From a virus (Duplodnaviria; Caudoviricetes), in IMG/VR virus record IMGVR_UViG_3300021197_000621, positions 1-44,812 of that record: a DNA stretch of 44,812 nucleotides; one strand, written 5' to 3'. Below the pieces are notes generated by a model, which ran no database searches, had not been told where the DNA came from, and saw nothing but the letters and a program-made list of their open reading frames with translations. A program made the translations under genes and the position numbers. Shown piece by piece: positions 33,910-42,085 of the stretch. Numbering within the stretch: position 1 is the stretch's first letter; every line of letters begins with the position of its first letter.

Positions 33910-35222
33910 TGGCTGGTCACGCCCGACTAGGGCCTTCTAACCACCGATGGCCGAACTGCCCTGGTTCGGTGCGTGAGGAAGCTAACTATGTCGATGTCGC
34001 TGGAGAAGCGGCTATTGATGGGACAGGCAGCCATCTCCTGCTCGAAATGTGTATGGAGAACAACGTACTCGCGATCCAATACGATCAGCAAATCATCGGC
34101 GCTAACCACCCAGATCAACGCAGTGGTTGGCTGGTGGGCATCGAACGGATCAATCGAGTACAGATGTGTCTCGACTACATACAGCGCAGAGTCAACGAGC
34201 TAAAAGCCGAGTACCCACACTGCACAGTGACTGTCGAGTCGGAGTCAACATCTGACCCAGGCGCACTATTTGGCCGCACTGATTGGTGGGGCACATGCGA
34301 CATCACCATCACAGCGATAGATGCTGAAGGGGTCGTGTGGTTCCTCGAAGCAGCTGACTATAAAGATGGTCGCGGATGGGTGAACGCTAAGGATAACACT
34401 CAGCTGATCTCGTATCTCGGCGGTAAAATTGGGTTACACCATAAAGTGCTCGATTGTCGTATGGCGATAATCCAGCCAAAGACGAACCCAGTCATCAGAT
34501 ACCAGTGCAGCAAGCGACCTGACGACAACATATCTGTCGAGGCAGTCATGCAAAGGCTGGCAGAGATGAACGAAGCCGCAAAAGAAACTGATAACCCGGA
34601 CGCACCGACCCGCAGCGGTAAGCACTGCCAATGGTGTAAAGCGAATCCTAAAAGGGGCGGTCACTGTGTGACTGCTACAGAACAATCAATTCAAGTGGTG
34701 AAGACTATGAGTAATACAGAAGTAATCGCGTCAGACGCCTCAGCGTTTGAGTACATCAGCAAGGTCGTCGCCGACCCCACAACGCTGACAAACGAGCAGC
34801 TGTCCGAGTTGCTAAGTGCCAAAGACGCACTGATGGCTGCATTCGATAAGTGTGAGAGTGAGATCCAGACTCGCATCGAGCAAGGCCAGCACGTCAGTGG
34901 CTATGCGATGCTCCCTGGTAATAGCACCCGTGAGTGGAACGCATCGGAAGAAGACATCGTTAAGATGCTCAAAGGCCGTCGCATCAAGCTGGATGAAATC
35001 TACCCTAAGAAACTTGTCAGCGTGGCTGCGATGTTAAAGTCCAGTAATCTGACTGATGCACAGAAGAAGAAGATCGAAGATGACTTCGTGTCCGAGATCG
35101 CCGGTAAAATTACTTTGAAAAAAGTTGCGCATTCTGTTGCACAAAGTACCACAAATGAGGTAGACTCTGTTAAACAGATGTTTGCTGACGTCCCAGCAAC
35201 CCCAGAAATCTCATTCTTTTAA
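33909..35222 (+). CDS. DUF2800 Cas4-like (PD-(D/E)xK) exonuclease
   Basis: HARLGPS..RW.NCPGS, GT..H, GTCD, DYKDG, QL..Y, G.HCQWC..C. Confidence 0.88.
   Translation: MAGHARLGPSNHRWPNCPGSVREEANYVDVAGEAAIDGTGSHLLLEMCMENNVLAIQYDQQIIGANHPDQRSGWLVGIERINRVQMCLDYIQRRVNELKAEYPHCTVTVESESTSDPGALFGRTDWWGTCDITITAIDAEGVVWFLEAADYKDGRGWVNAKDNTQLISYLGGKIGLHHKVLDCRMAIIQPKTNPVIRYQCSKRPDDNISVEAVMQRLAEMNEAAKETDNPDAPTRSGKHCQWCKANPKRGGHCVTATEQSIQVVKTMSNTEVIASDASAFEYISKVVADPTTLTNEQLSELLSAKDALMAAFDKCESEIQTRIEQGQHVSGYAMLPGNSTREWNASEEDIVKMLKGRRIKLDEIYPKKLVSVAAMLKSSNLTDAQKKKIEDDFVSEIAGKITLKKVAHSVAQSTTNEVDSVKQMFADVPATPEISFF
35136..35166 (+). promoter_or_regulatory. Putative internal promoter for the SSB gene, overlapping an operator motif
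   Basis: TTGCAC-18 nt-TAGACT; minus-strand TGTGGTACTTTGTGCAAC at 35136-35153. Confidence 0.45.
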
Positions 35223-35233
35223 GGATCAACACC

Positions 35234-36247
35234 ATGGCTACAATTAAAGGCATTATCTCATTCCCATCACTGTTCACCGCTAAAGTGGCAAAAGGCGCTA
35301 CAGACGCGAAATTCAGTTGTGTGGTACTGCTACCACCGACCGACCCACAAGTCGCAGGCTTACTAGCTGAAGTGGAGGCGGCTAAACTGAACTCATTCCC
35401 ATCAGGCTACACTGGAACCGATGAGTGCTTCGGCCTATATGATACTAAATATCACGGCAAAGAATACTATGACCCACGCTTCTCTGGCTGGTATGCGTTC
35501 AGCTGTTCAGCAAAAGCTGATGACAAGCCGAGTGTAGTGGACATGGGCCACCAGCCAATCATTGACCCCGGCGCAGTCCACAGTGGTGCAGTCGTGTACG
35601 TCAGCGCAGGTATCAGTGGTTACACCAAAGGTCGCGGTGGCATTGGTGGCTGGTTGAACGGTGTGATGCTGACCAATGAAGAGCCACCAATGGGTCGACT
35701 GGACAACAAGCCGTCAGTAGAGCAGATGTTCGCAAGCGTGACAGGCGGTGCAGCCGCTCCAGCAGCGGGGCCACTTACCATGACAGCAGCCGCTAACGGT
35801 GTGACATACGAGCAGTATATGGCAACGCCTGGCTGGACTGACCAGATGCTGATCGATCAAGGTCTGGCCACTCGACCAGTGGCAGCTCCAGCAGCTCCAG
35901 CAGCTCCAGCAGCTCCAGCAGCTCCAGCAGCACCAGCTCCAGCAGCTCCAGCAGCTCCAACACCAGCAGCTCCAGCAGCTCCAACACCAGCAGCTCCAGC
36001 AGCTCCAACACCAGCAGCTCCAGCAGCTCCAGCACCAGCGGCCCCAGCAGCCCCAGCAGCACCAGCAGCACCAGCAGCACCAGCAGCACCAGCACCAGCA
36101 GCACCAGCAGCACCAGCAGCACCTAACGCACTGGTCATGACGGCAGCAGCCAATGGTGTGACATACGAGCAGTACATGGCGACACCCGGTTGGACTGATC
36201 AGATGTTGATTGATCAAGGTCTGGCCATCCGCCCATCGTTCGCGTAA
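35234..36247 (+). CDS. DUF2815 ssDNA-binding protein with a long C-terminal extension
   Basis: SFPSLF..K, KP.VVD, SG..V, Y..G..GIG..LNGV motifs; C-terminal duplicated module separated by a PAA linker. Confidence 0.85.
   Translation: MATIKGIISFPSLFTAKVAKGATDAKFSCVVLLPPTDPQVAGLLAEVEAAKLNSFPSGYTGTDECFGLYDTKYHGKEYYDPRFSGWYAFSCSAKADDKPSVVDMGHQPIIDPGAVHSGAVVYVSAGISGYTKGRGGIGGWLNGVMLTNEEPPMGRLDNKPSVEQMFASVTGGAAAPAAGPLTMTAAANGVTYEQYMATPGWTDQMLIDQGLATRPVAAPAAPAAPAAPAAPAAPAPAAPAAPTPAAPAAPTPAAPAAPTPAAPAAPAPAAPAAPAAPAAPAAPAAPAPAAPAAPAAPNALVMTAAANGVTYEQYMATPGWTDQMLIDQGLAIRPSFA
35881..36123. repeat. Low-complexity 9-bp-based tandem repeat (CCAGCAGCN) encoding (PAA)n with PTPAA variants
   Basis: Read directly; similar tracts at ~33445-33520 and ~33655-33730. 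Confidence 0.95.
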
Positions 36248-36262
36248 CTCAAGAGACCCTTT

Positions 36263-36290
36263 GGCTCTGTCGCAAGGCAGAGTCCTTTTT
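36263..36290 (+). terminator. Rho-independent terminator after the SSB gene
   Basis: GGCTCTGTC-GCAA-GGCAGAGTC 9-bp stem (2 G-U pairs) with a GNRA loop, followed by CTTTTT. Confidence 0.75.
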
Positions 36291-36354
36291 AAGTGGCACT
36301 GTGGCCTTCGGGACAGAGGAGTGTATTCGGCACCTGACAGTGTCACTTAAAAAG
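36285..36354 (+). ncRNA. Candidate structured RNA or processing site (18-bp stem closing a 34-nt branched interior)
   Basis: CTTTTTAAGTGGCACTGT / ACAGTGTCACTTAAAAAG with one G-U pair; interior contains C(UUCG)G. Confidence 0.45.
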
Positions 36355-36371
36355 AAACTGGGAGTAACACC

Positions 36372-37127
36372 ATGACACGCAGGACAGACTTCAGAAAAGC
36401 GACGACCTATTCAGGTCAGAAAATCAAGGGAACCGTTGAGATCACATACAAGATCGACGGTGTCAGGATTCTAAACCGTGAAGGCTTCGTCACCCGTAAC
36501 AACAAAGTGCCGCCAGGAATGGGTATCGCACTGAGTGACGGCGCCAAGAACCTGATCAAAGTGTATGGCGACTGTGAGGTGTATGCCGGCTCATTCGTCA
36601 AAAGTAACTCACCAATGCAGTTACACGACCCCGTACCTGGCTGCCTGACAGCCGACATGGTGTACCCGCTGGACTTTGAGGACTTCATGGGTAACAGGCA
36701 CCGAGTTGACCCCCGCCTTCACGTCGCGGTAGTGGAGAACCCCACACCGCTCATGATCTCGATATACCTCAAGCAAGCACTGGCCAAAGGATACGAGGGC
36801 CTTGTGCTGAGAACTAACGACATGTGGTATCGAGTCAAGCCAGAGTCCACTGCGGATGTGTTCGTCACGGGCTGGTTCGAGCAACTAGATAAGCATAAGA
36901 ATCCTAAGGGAATCCTTGGTGGGTTCGAGACTGCATACGGCAACGTCACTGCGTTCAAGGCTGACAAGCGTGTGGAACTGTTTGACAACCCTGAGCAGTA
37001 TGTCGGTCGACTGATCGAGGTTAAATATAAAGAATTGTTTGACTCAGGGTCATTCAGGTACGCTGTCACGTTCTTAAGATTCCGCGATGACAAAGACACT
37101 GAATCATTTGACACTAAGGTGGTATGA
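36372..37127 (+). CDS. Small ATP-dependent DNA ligase
   Basis: Motif I YKIDGVR, motif IV GYEGLVLR, motif V RVKP, C-terminal OB domain ending F.RFR.DK. Confidence 0.85.
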   Translation: MTRRTDFRKATTYSGQKIKGTVEITYKIDGVRILNREGFVTRNNKVPPGMGIALSDGAKNLIKVYGDCEVYAGSFVKSNSPMQLHDPVPGCLTADMVYPLDFEDFMGNRHRVDPRLHVAVVENPTPLMISIYLKQALAKGYEGLVLRTNDMWYRVKPESTADVFVTGWFEQLDKHKNPKGILGGFETAYGNVTAFKADKRVELFDNPEQYVGRLIEVKYKELFDSGSFRYAVTFLRFRDDKDTESFDTKVV

Positions 37128-37128
37128 C

Positions 37129-37410
37129 ATGCGGGCAATACTTGGTTACATATACGCCAAAGATAAATGGACTGTTGTTGACATTTCGTGTGGAGCGCTA
37201 TCTGTTGGCCCTGAGGTTTACGAGAGGTGTTACACGGGGTCGGATATAACTGAATTTATTGAGATCCCAATAACTAATGCTAGATATGAAGATGGGAGGA
37301 TAATCGTAACTCACAAAGACGGAGTAAAGCTGCCTCACGCACTCACACTTGAAGAATCAATTCAAGAAAACATCAGAATTTTAACGCCACTCTGTGGTAA
37401 GGCGGTATAG
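37129..37410 (+). CDS. Hypothetical protein (AT-rich)
   Basis: AAGGTGG RBS before ATG 37129; fills the ligase-polymerase gap exactly. Confidence 0.7.
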   Translation: MRAILGYIYAKDKWTVVDISCGALSVGPEVYERCYTGSDITEFIEIPITNARYEDGRIIVTHKDGVKLPHALTLEESIQENIRILTPLCGKAV

Positions 37411-39387
37411 ATGAATAGGCTACACCTCGACTACGAGACAGCGTCCGAGCTGAACATCAAAACCTGTGGTGCCTACAAATATGCTGAGCACCCATCGACT
37501 CGCATACTGATGCTGGGCTGGGCGTTCAATGATGAGCCCGTCGCACTGTGGGAGCCGCACAAGGGACCTATGCCCCCGCGCCTCCACCAAGGGCTGCTTG
37601 ATGCTTCATACAACAAGCACGCGTATAACGCAGCCTTTGAGCGACTCATCACACGCAACTGTCTCGGCATAGAGATCCCACCAGAACAATGGCGGTGTAC
37701 GATGGTGGAGTCGTTCTACCTAGGGTTTGCGGGGTCGATGGATAAGGTACTCAAGGCCATCGGTCTGGATCAGAAAGACGATCGAGGCAAGCGGCTGATC
37801 AATGTATTCTCGACACCTGCACCTAAGAATCACAAAGCCGATTGGTACAACTGGGAGAACAAGCCCGACGAGTGGCAAGAGTTCTGTCAATACTGCATCC
37901 AAGATGTCCACGTCGAGCGTCAACTGTGGCACTGGCTCCAGCGGTTCCCTCGCATCAATGAATGGGACTACGCGCAATGGTTCAACGATCAACGCATCAA
38001 CGACCGTGGCGTGCCCATGGACATCGAGCTCGCTGAGAGTGCTATCGGTGTATGGGAGATGGAGAAGGCCGACATCACTGCGAAGATGGTTGACATGATG
38101 GGCATCCCCAAAGTCACCCGTGGACCATTCCTCCAGTGGATCGAAGACAACACAGGCGTCGTACTAGAGAACACCGGCAAAGACTACCTAGCGTCACTGC
38201 TGCACAAAGGCACCTTACCGCCAGAGGCTGAGCCCTACGTCAAGATGTGGGTCCAGAAGGAGGGCAAGGCTGTCTCTAAATACAGCGCGGTACTCAATGG
38301 CACATGCGACGACGGTCGTGCTCGTGGGATGTTCCAGTACAAAGGTGCCTCACGCACAGACCGTGTCGGTGGGCGATTGATCCAACTCCAGAATCTAAAG
38401 CGACCTTTATATGGTGACTCTGCCCTGACCATTGACACCGTGGTGGGTGCTATCAAGTGCCGCGACCCTAAGTTCCTGGCGATGATGTACCCGGACTCTG
38501 TGTCCGAGATACTAGGTGGCTCCATCAGACATGCACTGTGCGCGAGTGAGGGCCACACGTTCGCTATCTGTGACTTAACATCCATCGAGTCTGTGATACT
38601 TGGATGGGTTGCCATGTGCCCTTCGATAGACGCCACGTTCCGGGAGGGCAAAGACTCTTATCGGATGTTCGCCTCGAAGTATTACAACATCCCATATGAT
38701 GAGGTCACCAAAACACAGCGGTCATTCAGTAAGCCGCCGGTACTGGGTTGTGGTTTCATGTTGGGCTGGAAAGGGTTGATTGCATACGCCGAGGGGTACG
38801 GTGTGGACATGACCACGGAACAAGCAAAGAACGCAGTGGACACATTCAGAACCATGTACCCTGAGATCCCGAAGTTCTGGTATTGGATCAGCGACGCGGT
38901 CAAGTATGTCACTCAGACTGGGCTACAGTGCGAGGGCTACAGACTACGCATCGAGCGTGACAATGAGATGCTGAGGATCTGGTTACCAAGCGGACGCGCA
39001 CTCAGTTACTTCAAGCCTGAGATACGCACACAAGAGGCGCCGTGGTCCACCCCTGAAAAGCCCATATACATCGATAACTTCACCTACATGGGCATGAACG
39101 ATAAGACACAGTGGGTGCGGATCTCGGCCCACGCGGGTGGACTCACCGAGAACGTGGTGCAGTCGCTGGCGGGGGACATCCTGTGGAATGGCATCATGAA
39201 CACAACACACTCAGGGCTTCCTGTTGTGCTGCACGTACATGATGAGATCGCTGTCGAAGTGCCTGACGCCCACGCAGAGGCAGCGCTGTCACTGCTACAG
39301 AACTGCATGATCGACAGGCCTGACTGGTGCAAGGACATGTGGCTAGGTGCTGATGGGTTCATCACAAAAAGATATACAAAAGATTAG
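37411..39387 (+). CDS. Family A DNA polymerase with 3'-5' exonuclease (APSE/SPO2-like)
   Basis: Exo motifs LDYET, AYNAAFER, YCIQDV; motif A DLTSIE, motif B R..SKPPVLGCGF, motif C HVHDE. Confidence 0.95.
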   Translation: MNRLHLDYETASELNIKTCGAYKYAEHPSTRILMLGWAFNDEPVALWEPHKGPMPPRLHQGLLDASYNKHAYNAAFERLITRNCLGIEIPPEQWRCTMVESFYLGFAGSMDKVLKAIGLDQKDDRGKRLINVFSTPAPKNHKADWYNWENKPDEWQEFCQYCIQDVHVERQLWHWLQRFPRINEWDYAQWFNDQRINDRGVPMDIELAESAIGVWEMEKADITAKMVDMMGIPKVTRGPFLQWIEDNTGVVLENTGKDYLASLLHKGTLPPEAEPYVKMWVQKEGKAVSKYSAVLNGTCDDGRARGMFQYKGASRTDRVGGRLIQLQNLKRPLYGDSALTIDTVVGAIKCRDPKFLAMMYPDSVSEILGGSIRHALCASEGHTFAICDLTSIESVILGWVAMCPSIDATFREGKDSYRMFASKYYNIPYDEVTKTQRSFSKPPVLGCGFMLGWKGLIAYAEGYGVDMTTEQAKNAVDTFRTMYPEIPKFWYWISDAVKYVTQTGLQCEGYRLRIERDNEMLRIWLPSGRALSYFKPEIRTQEAPWSTPEKPIYIDNFTYMGMNDKTQWVRISAHAGGLTENVVQSLAGDILWNGIMNTTHSGLPVVLHVHDEIAVEVPDAHAEAALSLLQNCMIDRPDWCKDMWLGADGFITKRYTKD

Positions 39388-39416
39388 TTGACTGCTGTGG
39401 GACATTGTGCAACACT
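39388..39416 (+). promoter_or_regulatory. Putative promoter with operator motif after the polymerase
   Basis: TTGACT-17 nt-AACACT enclosing TGTGGGACATTGTGCAAC (39396-39413). Confidence 0.6.
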
Positions 39417-39443
39417 TAGGTCAAATCAACTGAGGTGACAATC

Positions 39444-39977
39444 ATGACAATACAAATCAAACGCTGGGACAACGGTGAAGTAATCCACGAAGGTGAGTTC
39501 GAATCCATCAAGGCGTGCTTAGAGGATGGTGTATCGAAAGGTGTATCGTTTTCAGGTGCCGAGCTGAACTATGCCGAGCTGAACGGTGCCAAGCTGAACG
39601 GTGCCAAGCTGAACGGTGCCAAGCTGAACGGTGCCAAGCTGAACGGTGCCGAGCTGAACGGTGCCGAGCTGAACTATGCCGAGCTGAACTATGCCGAGCT
39701 GAACGGTGCCGAGCTGAACGGTGCCGAGCTGAACGGTGCCGAGCTACCTGAAAAGTCGCTTTGTATTAACGCCGGCGAGGTTTATTTCTTATTTGTATCT
39801 CCACAGGTGGTGCAAGCGGGATGTCAAAGTCATTCACCAGGCGAGTGGCGTGGCATGACTAAAATCCAGATCGCAGATATGGACGGCAAAAAAGCGCTTA
39901 GGTTCTACCCTCGACTACTCGACATCATGGACTTCTACCTCGGCAAAGGTGATCGCCCTGATTGGCTGGAGGGATAG
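39444..39977 (+). CDS. Pentapeptide repeat protein
   Basis: A(E/K)LN(G/Y) x12 plus a C-terminal GCQ.H...W domain; GAGGTG RBS. Confidence 0.9.
   Translation: MTIQIKRWDNGEVIHEGEFESIKACLEDGVSKGVSFSGAELNYAELNGAKLNGAKLNGAKLNGAKLNGAELNGAELNYAELNYAELNGAELNGAELNGAELPEKSLCINAGEVYFLFVSPQVVQAGCQSHSPGEWRGMTKIQIADMDGKKALRFYPRLLDIMDFYLGKGDRPDWLEG
39558..39746 (+). repeat. 15-bp tandem repeat GCC(G/A)AGCTGAAC(GGT/TAT), 12.6 copies
   Basis: Read directly. Confidence 0.97.
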
Positions 39978-39980
39978 GCC

Positions 39981-40259
39981 GTGGCGTCGACAGTGCTAGG
40001 TTTCATAGAGAGACATCGCTCCGAATACTACAAAGCGCACGGTAGGTACCCGAAGAGTATAACCATCGCGCCTGGCACAGCTTGCACTCTTCTACGTGAG
40101 TTATCTGAATTGGTAGCCACGCCTGACGACGGTAAACGCGTGCTAGAGGCGGCGGTGTTTCAGGGCGAAAGGGAATCCGCCCGTCTAATCAACGCAGGGT
40201 TACATGTACAGGGTGTCACCATCAAAGCCGCTCTGTTTCTCGAAGACCCACAGGAGTAG
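39981..40259 (+). CDS. Hypothetical protein
   Basis: 92 aa; GTG start after GGAGG; packed in the operon. Confidence 0.65.
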   Translation: MASTVLGFIERHRSEYYKAHGRYPKSITIAPGTACTLLRELSELVATPDDGKRVLEAAVFQGERESARLINAGLHVQGVTIKAALFLEDPQE

Positions 40260-40261
40260 TT

Positions 40262-40429
40262 ATGTATATTCAGATTTACACAGATGATGGTTACCGCCAG
40301 TACCAACTGGTACACGTGGCTCACGACATCGACATCGACGCTCTCATCAGGATTCTCTACGAGAAAGGTATCTTAACAACAAGCGACATCAATGGACTCC
40401 TGCCACCAGGTTACGAGGTTGTCGAGTAA
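40262..40429 (+). CDS. Small hypothetical protein (55 aa, below the ORF-track cutoff)
   Basis: AGGAG RBS; MYIQIYTDDGYRQYQLVHV...GYEVVE*; stop abuts the VRR-NUC ATG. Confidence 0.7.
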   Translation: MYIQIYTDDGYRQYQLVHVAHDIDIDALIRILYEKGILTTSDINGLLPPGYEVVE

Positions 40430-40738
40430 ATGGGCGTCCGTGAGAACAAAGTCGAGCGGTATCTGCGGGATCAAGTGCGGCTACTCGGAGGTGACACTCG
40501 CAAGTGGGTGTCTCCTGGTCGTGACGGTGTGCCTGATCAGATTATATTCCTGTCCACCATATCGTTCTGTGAAGTAAAGACGACCGACGGTGGTAGGTCA
40601 GGGGCGCAGGATCGCGAGCACGAAAGGCTTAGGGCACTGGGCGCGCCAGTCTGCACAGTCTGGGGTCACAAAGGTGTCGACCTTCTTATCAAAGATTTAA
40701 AAGTATTCGGTAAACCAGTGGAGAACGATTATGCATAA
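40430..40738 (+). CDS. VRR-NUC nuclease (Holliday junction resolvase-like)
   Basis: E..VE.YL, KWVSPG..GVPD, EVK..G..S..Q motifs. Confidence 0.9.
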   Translation: MGVRENKVERYLRDQVRLLGGDTRKWVSPGRDGVPDQIIFLSTISFCEVKTTDGGRSGAQDREHERLRALGAPVCTVWGHKGVDLLIKDLKVFGKPVENDYA

Positions 40739-41027
40739 AGTTACCAGAGAAAACGACGAGTACACATGTACCTGTGGGCTGCGTTGGGACATCGACGAGG
40801 AGGACCCTCACACCCTCACGTTCGACCCAGCACACCACGATGGTGATAGATCGGTGGTAAATGGCCACGAGCTGTTCAAGCCGTCCGACTTCACAGATGC
40901 TGAGATCCAACGTGAGAACATACTCGCCGTCGCAGTGATCGATCAGGGGAAGCAAGTGTGTAGAAAGCGCGGCGCCAATGGGTCGGAACTGACTGAAAAA
41001 ATGTCGGAGGTCTTAGGATGTTCCTGA
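40731..41027 (+). CDS. Hypothetical protein
   Basis: 98 aa; GGAG RBS; CTCG.RWD N-terminal motif. Confidence 0.65.
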   Translation: MHKVTRENDEYTCTCGLRWDIDEEDPHTLTFDPAHHDGDRSVVNGHELFKPSDFTDAEIQRENILAVAVIDQGKQVCRKRGANGSELTEKMSEVLGCS

Positions 41028-42085
41028 GTGAAGGCATCGATGTGGTGAGTCTTTTCGATGGCATGTCCTGTGGCCGTATCGCACTCGCTCGCAGTGGCAT
41101 CGGTGTCAAGAACTACTATGCGTCAGAGATCGACAAGCACGCGATCATCGTGGCGAAGGCTAACTGGCCCCAGACTCAGCACATGGGCGACGTTACCAAG
41201 TGGCGTGAGTGGCCTATCGACTGGTCAAAAGTGAAGCTGATCCTCGCGGGCTCACCATGCCAAGGCTTCAGCTCCGCCGGTAAGCAAGGCGGCACAAAGG
41301 CAGTTCTTGATGGCGTCGAATACGTGGTAGCTGATCGTGAGACCTACATCTCGCTGAGAGACCAAGGTGCCAAGTTCCTCAGTCAATCATATCTGTTCTG
41401 GGAGTTCGTACTCTGCCTCGACCACGCAATGTCATGCAACCCTGACATCAAGTTCCTCCTCGAAAACGTGAAGATGAGCAAGAACAACCTCAACATGATA
41501 ACGGATGCGCTCGGTGCTGAGCCCGTGTTCATTAACTCAGAACTGGTGAGTGCGCAGAATAGGCAGCGTTATTATTGGGCTAATTGGGAGTTTAAGGCGC
41601 CGTCTGACCACTTTATTTTTCTTGATAGTGTTATTGAGAGTGGTGTTGTTGATAAAGATAAGTCATTTAGTCTTGATGCTAATTACTTTAAGGGTGGAAA
41701 TCTTAAACAGTATTTCGAAAAAAGTCGGCGCCAACTTGCGTTTGAGCTTTCAAAGATAAATCCTAGGGGTATTGATGTGTCGATAAACGAGGATGGAATT
41801 AGACCCCACAAAGGCGACTCAAGAAAGTCCGGCATTAGCGAATTAGGTCGGTTGATTTTTAGGGATGCAAAAAAAACATACACGCTAACCACCTCGCACA
41901 TGCCTAAAATAATTGATGAATTAGGTTTTAGGAAGTTGACGCCGGTTGAGTGCGAAAGACTCCAAACCGTACCAGATAGTTACACTAACCACGTCAGCAA
42001 CACGCAACGCTACAAGATGCTAGGAAACGGTTGGACTGTTGACGTGATTAAACATATCTTAGATAGCTCAGGACTGCACGCATGA
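41018..42085 (+). CDS. C5-cytosine DNA methyltransferase (orphan)
   Basis: Motif I LFDGMSCG, IV GSPCQGFS, VI ENV, VIII QNRQRYYW, IX-X RKLTPVECERLQ..GNGW. Confidence 0.93.
   Translation: MFLSEGIDVVSLFDGMSCGRIALARSGIGVKNYYASEIDKHAIIVAKANWPQTQHMGDVTKWREWPIDWSKVKLILAGSPCQGFSSAGKQGGTKAVLDGVEYVVADRETYISLRDQGAKFLSQSYLFWEFVLCLDHAMSCNPDIKFLLENVKMSKNNLNMITDALGAEPVFINSELVSAQNRQRYYWANWEFKAPSDHFIFLDSVIESGVVDKDKSFSLDANYFKGGNLKQYFEKSRRQLAFELSKINPRGIDVSINEDGIRPHKGDSRKSGISELGRLIFRDAKKTYTLTTSHMPKIIDELGFRKLTPVECERLQTVPDSYTNHVSNTQRYKMLGNGWTVDVIKHILDSSGLHA

Noticed and set aside
33909-35222. Cas4-like nuclease as evidence of CRISPR-Cas
   Set aside because: DUF2800 nucleases are routine in the DUF2800-DUF2815-PolA phage replication module
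35714-36346. Antisense Cys/Trp-rich, Leu-rich and Gly/Ala-rich ORFs (210, 109 and 106 aa)
   Set aside because: They are shadows of the stop-free (PAA)n repeat on the coding strand
36285-36354. Hammerhead ribozyme, tRNA or known riboswitch
   Set aside because: No CUGAnGA/GAAA core, no T-loop or anticodon cloverleaf, and no riboswitch consensus recognised on either strand
39515-39751. Alternative-frame (CRAER)n ORF
   Set aside because: By-product of the 15-bp repeat; no convincing RBS and a TTG/GTG-type start
41018-42085. Restriction-modification pair (methyltransferase plus VRR-NUC)
   Set aside because: VRR-NUC next to an SNF2 helicase is the standard resolvase arrangement; the methyltransferase is best read as an orphan
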